Assembly (NCBI GenBank): GCA_045648745.1
Contig: JAZROM010000078.1
Location: 6,374 to 70,373, forward strand
Source: Acutalibacteraceae bacterium
Lineage (GTDB): Bacteria; Bacillota; Clostridia; Oscillospirales; Acutalibacteraceae
Length of the DNA stretch: 64,000 nucleotides
Direction: 5' to 3'
The notes below the pieces were generated by a model. That model had not been told where the DNA came from. It saw nothing but the letters and a program-made list of their open reading frames with translations, and made no database searches. The position numbers were made by a program, and so were the translations under genes. This document shows positions 34,484 through 43,394 of this stretch, in pieces (the stretch's first letter is position 1; the number at the start of each line of letters is the position of its first letter).

Positions 34484-35911
34484 ATGAAAAAACTATTATC
34501 TATTTTATTGGCAATCCTTTGCGTGATGAACCTGACCGTGGTTTCATTCGCAGCGAAAGAAGTTTCGTACTTTGATGAAGAAACAGGTACTTTGTATCTG
34601 ATGACCGAGAATTGGATTGAAGATTTGGGAATCGAAGAAACAGATGAAGCATTATTAGCTTTTTGCGGAAAAGTAAAAACTGTGTATTTTGACGAGAAAT
34701 GCAATATTACTGATAATTTTAGTATCTGTATTTACTTTAATAATCTTGAAAAAATTGTAGTTGACGAAGATAGCACCGAATGGTTTGTTTACGACAATGC
34801 GCTATATTATAATGCTATTAGCGGTGATGAAGAAGTCTGTGGCTTAGCATTCTACCCGGCAAAGTGTCCAGACAAGGATATTGTTCTTCATCCGGATGCA
34901 ACACAATTCATTTTATCGGCGTTTTATGTGTATGACCCGGTGCTTTACGTTCGTCCGAATGAAAACGAGTACAACTTGTATGTTGTTGACGAAGGTCAGT
35001 TTCAAAAAATCATAAATGACAGTGCTGGTGAAGGAAATTTTTTGCATCTTAAATTTACGAATATTTATGTAAATGATACTCAGGAAAGCATAGATGCAAT
35101 CGGTGAGAATTCTCAGTACTCATTTGAAACTTATAATAAGAGATTAGAATATGAATGCTTTACAGTATATTACTTCGAATGCAATGCAGGAAATGATGAG
35201 AAATGTGATGAAATCTTGAATAGAATAGGAAAAATCGCTGATGAAGTCGAATACCCTGAGAACACGGATGACACAGCGGCTATGAGTGAATATTATGATA
35301 CACTTTATTGCAGGGTGTCGGAATACATAAACACATTAGATTATGTAGAATACACAGAAGAAGCTCATGCCTTAGCAGGAAGACCGGCTGAAGAATATGC
35401 TTATTACAAGGCAGAGATAGATTATTGTTATAACCTTTACCTTTTCTTCAAAAATCGCGGCAATCCCATTAAACCCCTCTCAATCCTCACATCAGGTATT
35501 TGCGGTGAAGGTGTAGAATGGGCAATCGACCGTGAAAACGGTGTGCTTTCAATCACAGGCAACGGAGCAATCAGCGACAATTATTCAGGCTTTGATGCTT
35601 TTAAGGGTATCGTTACAACTGTTGAAATCGGCAACGGTATCACAGCAATCGGTGAAAATGTTTTCACAGGCTTCACAGCTCTTACCGAAACAAAGTTTGA
35701 CGGTACACAGGCACAGTGGGATGCTGTTGCAGTGGCAGAAGGAAACGACGATTTGCTCAAAAATGTAACCGTAAATCCCGACCCGCCCGTTGAGCCCGAA
35801 CAGCCTGAAGAGGAACCCACCTTCTGGGATAAGGTTGTTGCTTTCTTCAACGAGGTTGCGAATTTCTTTATCAAAATTTTTGATTGGTTCAAAAATCTTT
35901 TGGGTATCTAA
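34484..35911 (+). CDS. Secreted protein with one C-terminal BspA-LRR module and a Phe-rich C-terminal helix
   Basis: The signal peptide is 'MKKLLSILLAILCVMNLTVVSFAAKE'. The LRR module is 'GICGEGVEWAIDRENGVLSITGNG...GITAIGENVFTG'. The C-terminus is 'PEEEPTFWDKVVAFFNEVANFFIKIFDWFKNLLGI'. Confidence 0.8.
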   Translation: MKKLLSILLAILCVMNLTVVSFAAKEVSYFDEETGTLYLMTENWIEDLGIEETDEALLAFCGKVKTVYFDEKCNITDNFSICIYFNNLEKIVVDEDSTEWFVYDNALYYNAISGDEEVCGLAFYPAKCPDKDIVLHPDATQFILSAFYVYDPVLYVRPNENEYNLYVVDEGQFQKIINDSAGEGNFLHLKFTNIYVNDTQESIDAIGENSQYSFETYNKRLEYECFTVYYFECNAGNDEKCDEILNRIGKIADEVEYPENTDDTAAMSEYYDTLYCRVSEYINTLDYVEYTEEAHALAGRPAEEYAYYKAEIDYCYNLYLFFKNRGNPIKPLSILTSGICGEGVEWAIDRENGVLSITGNGAISDNYSGFDAFKGIVTTVEIGNGITAIGENVFTGFTALTETKFDGTQAQWDAVAVAEGNDDLLKNVTVNPDPPVEPEQPEEEPTFWDKVVAFFNEVANFFIKIFDWFKNLLGI

Positions 35912-35969
35912 AGGACAATCAAGGCGATAAACCTTATCAATGCATATATAACAGTCAAGGAGGAAGTTT

Positions 35970-37193
35970 ATGTATTGCAATCATTGCGGAAAAGAAAACC
36001 CTGACGGCAGTAAAGTGTGCAGCTCCTGCGGTCTTGAAATCGGGAAAACAGAGGCAATAAATTATAAGCAGACAAAACCCGAAAAAAAGAAACTCATTAC
36101 CTTTGGCGGAATCGGTCTTGGCGTATTAGCTGTGATTATTATTGCGGTTGTTATAGCTGTTTCTGCAAGTTCAAAGGTTTCTCTTAAAAAATATGTTGCA
36201 GAAGAGCTTGAATACTCAGGCCTTAACGGATACGGTTTTGTTGAAAATGCTGACAGTCTGATAAATTGGGCGGCACTTCAGAGCGACATCTCCGATAGTA
36301 AAAACGACGGGTATGTCGATGGTCATTATGCTCCGATTGCAGGTTATATTACATACGAAATAACATCTGAAAACAACGGAACTCTTTCAAATGGTGACAA
36401 GGTAGTATTTACAGTCAGAATTGCTCAGGACAAGCTCCAAGAAAACCCGGCATATAAAAAGGGAATTTCGGGAGGCGAGGAGCAGAAGTTTGAGTTTACT
36501 GTTTCCGGTCTTGAGGAAGGTGTTACGATTGATGTTTTCGATGCTGTTGAGGGAGTTGTTATTGACTCTACACGTAACAACAATATGACAATCAAAGTTA
36601 AGGATAATTATGTCAGGGATTACGGTAAAGACGGCATAAATGTAAAGACAGAGAACGGAAAAATCCGTGTATACGGTGACAAATTCCAGTCTTTTGAAAT
36701 TAGTGTCCATTCAAAGTCAGATAATTATGACAAAACCAAGGGTACGCATAAGATGACTGTATCTGATGAGGCAGACAGATATAAGGAATATGGCATACTT
36801 CTTGCGAAGACAGAAGCGGATGTTAATATAACATACATTTCTTATGTTGCTGATAACACTATCAATTCCGCCGACCTTGCTAAGATTACTCAGAAAGCAA
36901 AGGACGATATAAAAAACAGATTCCCTGACCAGAACTGTGTGCTTGAAAAGACAATATTATATGTTTATGACGGTACTCGTTACTACAACTCAGTTGTTTA
37001 CTTTTTCAGAGGTACCGAGTCATATTATGCCGTATGGTGCGACAATGTTAAACAGTACAGTAACAACAGCATAGTTGACATTGATAAGCTGAAAATTGAC
37101 TCCAACGCATGGTATATGGTGTACGGCTCCCTTGCAGAGGCAGAACAGGATATGCTGAAGCCTGTAAAACAGTTTACTCTTTCTGCTTTCTGA
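35970..37193 (+). CDS. Zinc-ribbon / single-TM protein with a large extracellular domain of unknown function
   Basis: The RBS aaggagga is present. The zinc ribbon is 'MYCNHCGKENPDGSKVCSSCG'. The TM segment is 'FGGIGLGVLAVIIIAVVIAV'. Confidence 0.75.
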   Translation: MYCNHCGKENPDGSKVCSSCGLEIGKTEAINYKQTKPEKKKLITFGGIGLGVLAVIIIAVVIAVSASSKVSLKKYVAEELEYSGLNGYGFVENADSLINWAALQSDISDSKNDGYVDGHYAPIAGYITYEITSENNGTLSNGDKVVFTVRIAQDKLQENPAYKKGISGGEEQKFEFTVSGLEEGVTIDVFDAVEGVVIDSTRNNNMTIKVKDNYVRDYGKDGINVKTENGKIRVYGDKFQSFEISVHSKSDNYDKTKGTHKMTVSDEADRYKEYGILLAKTEADVNITYISYVADNTINSADLAKITQKAKDDIKNRFPDQNCVLEKTILYVYDGTRYYNSVVYFFRGTESYYAVWCDNVKQYSNNSIVDIDKLKIDSNAWYMVYGSLAEAEQDMLKPVKQFTLSAF

Positions 37194-37273
37194 TAACGAA
37201 GTAGCAGGAGCATAAACGAAATCAAAAACGATTAACTATTATTTGAGCCGGAAGGCAGAAAGAAGAGATATTT

Positions 37274-38161
37274 ATGAAAAAGTTATTATCCGTTATGTTG
37301 GCAATCTTGTGTATGATGAGCCTTACGGTTGCATCATTTGCAGCGGGGAATTTATATGATGACAGTCAGGACCTGACATGGACACTTGAAAACGGTACAC
37401 TCACAATCACAGGTGAGGGTGAAATGGCTGATAAAAACGGCGGTGAAGACTGGACACAGGGATATGCCGCTGACATAAAAAAGATTGTTATAACTGACGG
37501 TATAACACGTATTGGTAAAAATGCGTTTGGCAGAACATTGTTCTATGTATATGACCACCCAATCAATTGGAATTGTGAGAATCTTGAAGAGGTTCAGATT
37601 GCTGAAGGCGTAGAGTCAATTGGCGAAGGAGCTTTCGGCTCAGCAACATCTCTCAAAACGGTCTACATCCCATCGAGTATGAAAGAAATTGAAGTTGACG
37701 CTTTCGGTGACTGCACAGCCATTAAGGATGTTTATTTTAACGGTACTCCGGAGCAGTGGGTAGCTCTTAAACTTAAAATCGCTGACAATAATGATTATCT
37801 TGTAAATGCAGAAGTTCACTTCCCGGGTGAAGATGATGAGAATGAAAAAGTCGGTAAGGTCAACTCTGTATCGATTGGCGATATTTCAATTAATTACAAG
37901 GCTTCAGCAAAAATAGAATGTAACGTCAACGCAGATGCAGGCGTGAAGTATACTGTTAAATATTCTTCATCAAATCCTTCAGTTGCAACAGTTGACGGCA
38001 ACGGAAACGTTAAAGCAACAGGCACAGGCGACGCAACAATTACCTGTACCGTAACAGATGAATACGGCAACACCGTTTCTGATACCTGCGAAGTAAGTGT
38101 CAGCTATGCATGGTGGCAGTGGATTATTGTTATCGTTCTTTTCGGATGGATCTGGTATTAA
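37274..38161 (+). CDS. Secreted LRR plus Big_2 protein with a C-terminal hydrophobic (Trp-rich) TM anchor
   Basis: The signal peptide 'MKKLLSVMLAILCMMSLTVASFAAGN' is nearly identical to that of 34484. The Big_2 segment is 'YSSSNPSVATVDGNGNVKATGTGDATITC'. The C-terminus is 'YAWWQWIIVIVLFGWIWY'. Confidence 0.8.
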   Translation: MKKLLSVMLAILCMMSLTVASFAAGNLYDDSQDLTWTLENGTLTITGEGEMADKNGGEDWTQGYAADIKKIVITDGITRIGKNAFGRTLFYVYDHPINWNCENLEEVQIAEGVESIGEGAFGSATSLKTVYIPSSMKEIEVDAFGDCTAIKDVYFNGTPEQWVALKLKIADNNDYLVNAEVHFPGEDDENEKVGKVNSVSIGDISINYKASAKIECNVNADAGVKYTVKYSSSNPSVATVDGNGNVKATGTGDATITCTVTDEYGNTVSDTCEVSVSYAWWQWIIVIVLFGWIWY

Positions 38162-38202
38162 TATTTTTGTGTTCAGTGTTTAAATAAAAGAGGAAAGTTT
38201 TT

Positions 38203-39141
38203 ATGAAGAGTAAATTTGTCAGAGCAATTGCTCTTGTGCTGTCGTTAATGTTGATTTTTTCAACTTCTGCGTTTGCACAAACAGCGACAATTGAAAATGT
38301 GTCAGTCGGAATGTTTGATACATGTCTGGAGTTGATGGAAGATAGATTAATATCGTTCTCTGTTGACACCTCGGAGACTGAGGGCGAAATCATCGATACT
38401 GAAGATCCTTCTGATCCGTCCGAATCGGGCGAAGAACCTGACGAACCTCCGACGGAGCCGGAAAATCCTGAAGCTCCCGAAAACCCCGAAAACCCTGACA
38501 ACCCTGACAATCCGGATAATCCGGACACTCCCGATATCCCTGATACACCCGAGGAGCCCGAACCGCCGAAACCGACCTTCGACGAATTACCCGGTGATAC
38601 GGTTGTCGGCAGAATGTATATCTGTTCGGAAATTGTTTTTCTCGGTCACTCGTGGATATACATCGAAAGCACTTTCGATGGTGAAATGCAGGTAGGTGGT
38701 TACACGGTTGCGCCGTTCGGCAGTGTGTCTGTCGGTACGTTCCTTATGTCCCGCAGAGACGGTATGGGTGTGTACTATAATGTTGAGAGATATAGTGCAA
38801 CTAAGTTCGGTCTCAGGAGTGCAAATTGGTTGGGAATGGACATTACCAAAGACCAGCTTATAAAAGTAAACAAAGAAATCAAAGGTTGGAATTACTGGGA
38901 TTTATATTTCAATTGCACATTCTTTGCATCCAAGGTATGGAACAGTGTTTCTGACAAATTCTTTATGCCGATGATGTTCCCTGTTTTCACCAAAGCGCAG
39001 GCAAACACTAACGGCGGGAACAAAAATGTGACAATGCAGCCCCACGATAATCCCGCGGATTGTTTTAAACAGCGCGGTTCAGGTGACAATGCAAGACTTG
39101 AAACCGTAAGTTCAGGTTCACTGAAAACAAGAATCGGATAG
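38203..39141 (+). CDS. Secreted protein: signal peptide, Pro-Glu/Asp-Asn tripeptide-repeat linker, C-terminal domain with His...NC motifs (possible LRAT/NlpC-P60-like permuted papain fold)
   Basis: The signal peptide is 'MKSKFVRAIALVLSLMLIFSTSAFAQT'. The repeat is 'PENPEAPENPENPDNPDNPDNPDTPDIPDTPEEPEPPKP' (nt approx 38440-38580). The C-terminal domain carries 'FLGHSWIYIE' and 'YFNCTFFASKVW'. Confidence 0.7.
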   Translation: MKSKFVRAIALVLSLMLIFSTSAFAQTATIENVSVGMFDTCLELMEDRLISFSVDTSETEGEIIDTEDPSDPSESGEEPDEPPTEPENPEAPENPENPDNPDNPDNPDTPDIPDTPEEPEPPKPTFDELPGDTVVGRMYICSEIVFLGHSWIYIESTFDGEMQVGGYTVAPFGSVSVGTFLMSRRDGMGVYYNVERYSATKFGLRSANWLGMDITKDQLIKVNKEIKGWNYWDLYFNCTFFASKVWNSVSDKFFMPMMFPVFTKAQANTNGGNKNVTMQPHDNPADCFKQRGSGDNARLETVSSGSLKTRIG

Positions 39142-39154
39142 GGAAAGAAAAATA

Positions 39155-39195
39155 AAACGCGACAGAGTTTTTGCTCTGCCGCGTTTGTTTTTGTT
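39155..39195. terminator. Bidirectional terminator between convergent genes
   Basis: The hairpin aacgcgacagag-ttttt-gctctgccgcgtt has A-rich and T-rich flanks. Confidence 0.7.
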
Positions 39196-40464
39196 TTAAA
39201 ACAGTAGGCCGACTTTGATTGAAAATTCAGTATCCGTACTGTCGAGTGTAACAAAACCGTTGTATTTTTGCGCTGTATGTTTAATGTTGCTTATGCCGAA
39301 ACCGTGGTTATCCGTGTCGCGTTTCGTTGTTTTGATTGCATTGTTTTTAATCTCAACTTTTTTCGGAACAGGGTTGGTAACGGTGACTGTACAACCCTTT
39401 TCGTTCGTTGAAGCTTTAATTTGAATTGTACAGGGTGACAGCGGAACGCTTGCCCGTACTGCATTGTCAAGGCTGTTTGCAAGGATTGTGCAAAGGTCGC
39501 TGTTGTCAATTTTGTTGGGGTGAATGCTGCCGTGGAATGTGATTTGAATATTGCTTTTCAATGCTTCATCTGCCTTGTGGGCAATCAACGCATCTGCAAA
39601 ATAATTGCCCGTTGCAAACTTTGTTTCGGTTTCTTTGATGTCTTCCGTCAGCCGTGCAAGGTGCTTTTTTGCATCGTCAAGCTTGTTTTCGTCAAGCATA
39701 ACTCCGAGCATAAAAAGGTGGTTTTTGTAGTCGTGTCTGAAACGGCGGATATCCTGACTTTTTTTAGCAAGCTCTTCGTAATGCTGAATCTGCATATCGA
39801 GCTGTTCAAGAGAGTCTTTTTCTTTGAGTGAAACGGTGATATATTTGAACACCATATACGAAAGGCAAACAAGGATGAATCCCGCGGAAACAATCAGCAA
39901 CAGCTGAGCCACGTCAGCGTAAGATGTTGCATCTTGCGAAAGGGTCAACGTATATTGTGTGGCAACACACGCGACAAGAATAACAAAATAAAACAAAGAC
40001 GGTATGCTTTCAAAAAAGTCAACAGGAACTACGAAATCTCGCTTGTAGTATATCGCAAACACAATTATCAGAAGAACGGCAAGAATACCTGCATATATCC
40101 AATTCGTTGTTACTTCCGATGTGATGTTTATTGTGGTGGTTATAACTGCAACCGACAAATCAAGAAGCAGATTTAAAATTAAACCGAAAAGAAAGAATGT
40201 CTTTTTCTTGGTCGGTTTTAACACACAGTAAGGAAAAGCCGCGAACAGAAGCAGTGTTGACAGGTCGGCAAGGGTGAAAGCTAACTCAGCATCGTTGAGA
40301 GTGAAAAACGGAGCCGTTGACATAGAAGCCAGTGCTATGGCCGAGATAACAGTTGCCGCTTTTTTGACCTGCACCTTGTAACCTATCATCTTATTGAGAA
40401 TAAACAGAACAAAAAACGTGCCGATGATGTTCTTAGCAAAATATGAAATACATTCAATGAGCAT
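39196..40464 (-). CDS. AgrC-like membrane sensor histidine kinase (GHKL, HPK10-type)
   Basis: I prefer the ATG at 40464 (RBS aggtga) over the TTG at 40482. There are about 6 N-terminal TM segments. Motifs are 'FRHDYKNHL' (H-box), 'LANSLDNAV' (N-box) and 'DNHGFGISNI' (G-box). Confidence 0.85.
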   Translation of the reverse strand: MLIECISYFAKNIIGTFFVLFILNKMIGYKVQVKKAATVISAIALASMSTAPFFTLNDAELAFTLADLSTLLLFAAFPYCVLKPTKKKTFFLFGLILNLLLDLSVAVITTTINITSEVTTNWIYAGILAVLLIIVFAIYYKRDFVVPVDFFESIPSLFYFVILVACVATQYTLTLSQDATSYADVAQLLLIVSAGFILVCLSYMVFKYITVSLKEKDSLEQLDMQIQHYEELAKKSQDIRRFRHDYKNHLFMLGVMLDENKLDDAKKHLARLTEDIKETETKFATGNYFADALIAHKADEALKSNIQITFHGSIHPNKIDNSDLCTILANSLDNAVRASVPLSPCTIQIKASTNEKGCTVTVTNPVPKKVEIKNNAIKTTKRDTDNHGFGISNIKHTAQKYNGFVTLDSTDTEFSIKVGLLF

Positions 40465-40478
40465 AATATCACCTGAAA

Positions 40479-41195
40479 TCAAGCTTCAAGAAACAGTTCG
40501 CGAAGCTTTGCGTAGTTCTTTTCGCTGGTGTAAACTGTATCACCGTTTTTCATAACAGCAGTTTTGCTGTTGATACTTTTGATTTTTGAAATATTCACAA
40601 GATACGAACGGTGTGTTCTGAAAAAGCCAAACTTAGTAAGCTCTTTTTCAAACTCGGTAATTGATTTGTGGCATCGCAGAGTTTCGTCATCAGTATGAAT
40701 GAAAACATCCTTGTGAAAAACTTCAATATAATGTATTTTATCTGTGTCCACAAAGTGGATTTCGTTATTGATATTTACGGCTACGGTGCCTGAGTTGGTA
40801 ACTGAATAAAAGTAATTATCCAATGCCTTAAACAGGTCTTCTTTACTTGTAGGTTTACGAAGGAACCATACTAAGCCGATATCAAAAGTGTCATATACAA
40901 TATCGTGATATGCAGTCAGAATGATGATGCCTTTTTTACTGTCTGATGATTTGCGGATAATTCTTGCAAATTCTTTGCCTGTCATGAGCGGAGATTCATC
41001 AGGGTTAATAATAAAGTCATCCATATTGTGGTCAAGCACAAACAGGTCAAATTCGTCGATTCTGCTTGTAAGACTTTCGTAGGATTTGAAAGTTTCGTAA
41101 GTCAGGTCAAAAGCCTGAGCGTTGGCATATTCTTCTATTTCACGTGAAATTTCGTCAAGTACAACCTGTTCGTTATCACATATAGCAATTTTCAT
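40479..41195 (-). CDS. LytTR-family response regulator (AgrA/LytR-like)
   Basis: The start is at 'MKIAICDNEQ' (41195). The receiver domain has 'FDLFVLDHNM', and the C-terminal LytTR domain has 'FFRTHRSYLVNISKI'. Confidence 0.85.
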   Translation of the reverse strand: MKIAICDNEQVVLDEISREIEEYANAQAFDLTYETFKSYESLTSRIDEFDLFVLDHNMDDFIINPDESPLMTGKEFARIIRKSSDSKKGIIILTAYHDIVYDTFDIGLVWFLRKPTSKEDLFKALDNYFYSVTNSGTVAVNINNEIHFVDTDKIHYIEVFHKDVFIHTDDETLRCHKSITEFEKELTKFGFFRTHRSYLVNISKIKSINSKTAVMKNGDTVYTSEKNYAKLRELFLEA

Positions 41196-41424
41196 TTTCT
41201 CACCCATAAAACTGATTTTATCGACATTTATTTTAGCATTTTTTCGTGAAGAATACAATATGATTTCCTAAAAATGAAACCCTCAAAACAATTATTGAAT
41301 TTCTCTTTTCATATCTTCCGATGCCAATTAAATAAACCTTTGACATCTGTGGGTGAACTGTTTTTAGCTCCGAAGTCTGAGGCGGTGCTGTTGCAAAGCA
41401 ACGGCCGCCGAGGACGCAGCCTGT

Positions 41425-41491
41425 GAAACAGGCGTGTCCTTCTGCCCCTGCCATAAAGAAACGGTTACCAAAAGGTAGCTGTTTTCTTTTT
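41425..41491 (+). repeat. Copy D (3' module only) of the repeated element: C-rich stretch plus terminator
   Basis: 'gaaacaggcgtgtccttctgcccctgccataaa' is identical to 42859-42891. It is followed by the hairpin gaaacggttacc-aaaa-ggtagctgttt and a T-run, and preceded by a separate hairpin ggcggtgctgttgc-aaa-gcaacggccgcc, which has a plus-strand U-G pair. Confidence 0.75.
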
Positions 41492-41564
41492 GCATTTTAT
41501 CCGAGTTGACAGTTTTTTGTTTTAGATTTATAATTGATAATAGAAATTTGTTCGGAGGTGCGAT

Positions 41565-42629
41565 ATGGCAACTTTAAAACTTATTTTAGCTTTTTTTCTT
41601 TCCTTTTTCCGTGTTCTTGCTCCCGTAGGAGCACTTGTTGTGAATTTCGGTGAAAGCAATTTCTTCACCGAGTGGTCGGTAACAGATGAATTCACGGCGG
41701 ACTACTGTGCAGAAATTGAAAAGAATCCCGATGAAGATTTTATCATTCTCAATCTTGCCGATGTTCAGCTCAAGGATGATCTCGTTTTTGAAGAAGAAGG
41801 CGAGAAGACAGTCGAAATGATTGATAATCTCGTCAGAGAAACCGAGCCCGACCTCATTACTCTGACAGGTGACAACGCGTGGGGAACGGTCGCATATATC
41901 AACCTTGTCAAGCAGATTGATGCTTACGGTATCCCGTGGGCACCCATTATGGGTAATCACGACGGTCAGTGCTGTATCAATGAATTCTGGGCTGCACATC
42001 TTCTCTTCAAGGCTGAAAACTGCCTGTTTGAGTTCGGTCCTGAGGATATGGGATACGGCAACTATATCATAAACATTACTGAAAACGGACACATTATACA
42101 CACTCTCTTTATGGTTGATACTCATAACAATACTGAATATACCCTTGAGGACGGTTCAACCGTAGGCGGTTATGATCATCTCTGGGATAATCAGATTGAG
42201 TGGTACAAGTGGGCTGTTAAGGGGATTTCAGAAATTGAAGGCCACACGGTTGAAAGCTCAGTTTTTATGCACATTCCCGTTTATGAGTACAAGGACGCGT
42301 GGATATCTGCCAACGGCAGTGATGAGATTGGAGCTCTCGCTCCCGAGCTTGCCCCCGATGCTCTCGGACTTTTGGGTGAAGGAGTGAGCTGTCCGCCTGT
42401 AAACAACGGTTTTTTTGATGTCTGCAAGGATCTCGGAAGCACAAAAAATATATTTGCAGGTCACGATCACGCAAACAATTTCCAGATATATTATGAAGGC
42501 ATCAGGCTTACGTATACGCTCAAAACAGGATACGGAGCTTATTATACGGACGGCATTATGGGCGGAACAGTAATTTCAATCGGCTCCGACGGTGCGGCCT
42601 ATGCAGAGCATATTTATATGGTAGATTAA
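41565..42629 (+). CDS. Secreted or membrane-anchored calcineurin-like metallophosphoesterase
   Basis: The RBS ggaggtg is present. The hydrophobic N-terminus is 'LKLILAFFLSFFRVLAPVGALVV'. Motifs are 'LADVQ', 'TGDNAW', 'MGNHD' and 'AGHDHANN'. Confidence 0.8.
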   Translation: MATLKLILAFFLSFFRVLAPVGALVVNFGESNFFTEWSVTDEFTADYCAEIEKNPDEDFIILNLADVQLKDDLVFEEEGEKTVEMIDNLVRETEPDLITLTGDNAWGTVAYINLVKQIDAYGIPWAPIMGNHDGQCCINEFWAAHLLFKAENCLFEFGPEDMGYGNYIINITENGHIIHTLFMVDTHNNTEYTLEDGSTVGGYDHLWDNQIEWYKWAVKGISEIEGHTVESSVFMHIPVYEYKDAWISANGSDEIGALAPELAPDALGLLGEGVSCPPVNNGFFDVCKDLGSTKNIFAGHDHANNFQIYYEGIRLTYTLKTGYGAYYTDGIMGGTVISIGSDGAAYAEHIYMVD

Positions 42630-42645
42630 CGGCAGACAAAATGGC

Positions 42646-42932
42646 AAACCACGAGACCACGTGACATTTCACACTTTTTTATAAGCACATTCTCGCCGCC
42701 GAGTTTTCGGCGTCACAGAATTGTGGCGCAGCCACGTCAGTGGATGCGCCTACATATGTTCATGCGCTATGGAGTTGATTGATGTTTAGGAAAGTTTACT
42801 TTTACAGTTCGTCATCGAGTCGTCGGCAAGTTCTTGCGAAGTTGTTCCACGTTTGTTGAAACAGGCGTGTCCTTCTGCCCCTGCCATAAAAAGTCCGCAA
42901 ATCCTTGATAAATAAGGGCTTGCGGGCTTTTT
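42646..42932 (+). repeat. Copy C of the repeated intergenic element (lacks about 100 nt between two 'ttctcgccgcc' direct repeats that are present in copy A)
   Basis: It aligns with 5548-5610 and 5700-5985. It retains the hairpins ggcgca-t-ccac-tgac-gtgg-c-tgcgcc and cgccga-gttt-tcggcg, the C-rich 'gtccttctgcccctgccataa', and a terminator. Confidence 0.85.
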
Positions 42933-43039
42933 CTTGCTTTTTGATATTTTCGGCAATATCGGAACACTTGACAAAAAAACAGAAGATGTTATAATACGTC
43001 CAATAGAATATCGATATAAGAAGATACGGTTTGAACAGT

Positions 43040-43255
43040 TGTAAACTTAGTAGATTGAAAGGGAAATCCGGTTCAAGTCCGGAGCAACCGCCATTACTGT
43101 ATGTGATGAAGGGCAATTTGGCATAATAGGAAGTTGTCGTATCACAAGTCAGAACACCTGCCGTATTTTTCAGGTTTAACACAACTTTGGTGAGAAGAGT
43201 GCAACCGATTTATCGCAGTATGGTAAATTTCGGATTGCCCTCTTTTTTGTTTTTA
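43040..43255 (+). promoter_or_regulatory. Cobalamin (B12) riboswitch number 1 with a terminator-type expression platform
   Basis: The sequence shows 'aaagggaa', 'ccggttcaagtccgg', 'gcaaccgccattactgt' and the B12 box 'agtcagaacacctgcc'. The downstream hairpin agagtgcaaccga...tcggattgccctct is followed by tttttgttttt (43196-43255). A second hairpin plus T-run lies at about 43302-43336. Confidence 0.85.
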
Positions 43256-43394
43256 TTGCAGTCCGAAGTCACTCTTGCTGAACCGCGTTTAATCTGTTGT
43301 ACTCTTTTGACCTTTTTGGTTGAAAGGGTATTTTTTATTCAAAATCAGTGGCCACTGTTTTGATAAATTTTTAAAAGTTAAAGGAGTTTTTAAA

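Noticed and set aside
38363-38695. Alternative-frame and antisense ORFs over the 9-nt repeat (110 aa on the plus strand; 38130-38528 on the minus strand, 'SGLSGLSGLSGFSGF...'), and the repeat as a possible CRISPR or minisatellite
   Set aside because: The repeat unit is 9 nt with no spacers, so it is not CRISPR. It reads through in frame as a PxN linker of a gene with a signal peptide, an RBS and a terminator. The other frames are by-products of the periodic sequence.
41233-41454. Minus-strand 'MAGAEGHACF...' ORFs starting inside the conserved C-rich module (also 42786-42974 and 5796-5978)
   Set aside because: In copy A the same ATG hits a stop after 7 codons (MAGAEGL*). The downstream sequences are unrelated between copies, and there is no RBS because the ATG directly abuts a terminator hairpin. 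The conservation lies in the nucleotide module, not in a peptide.
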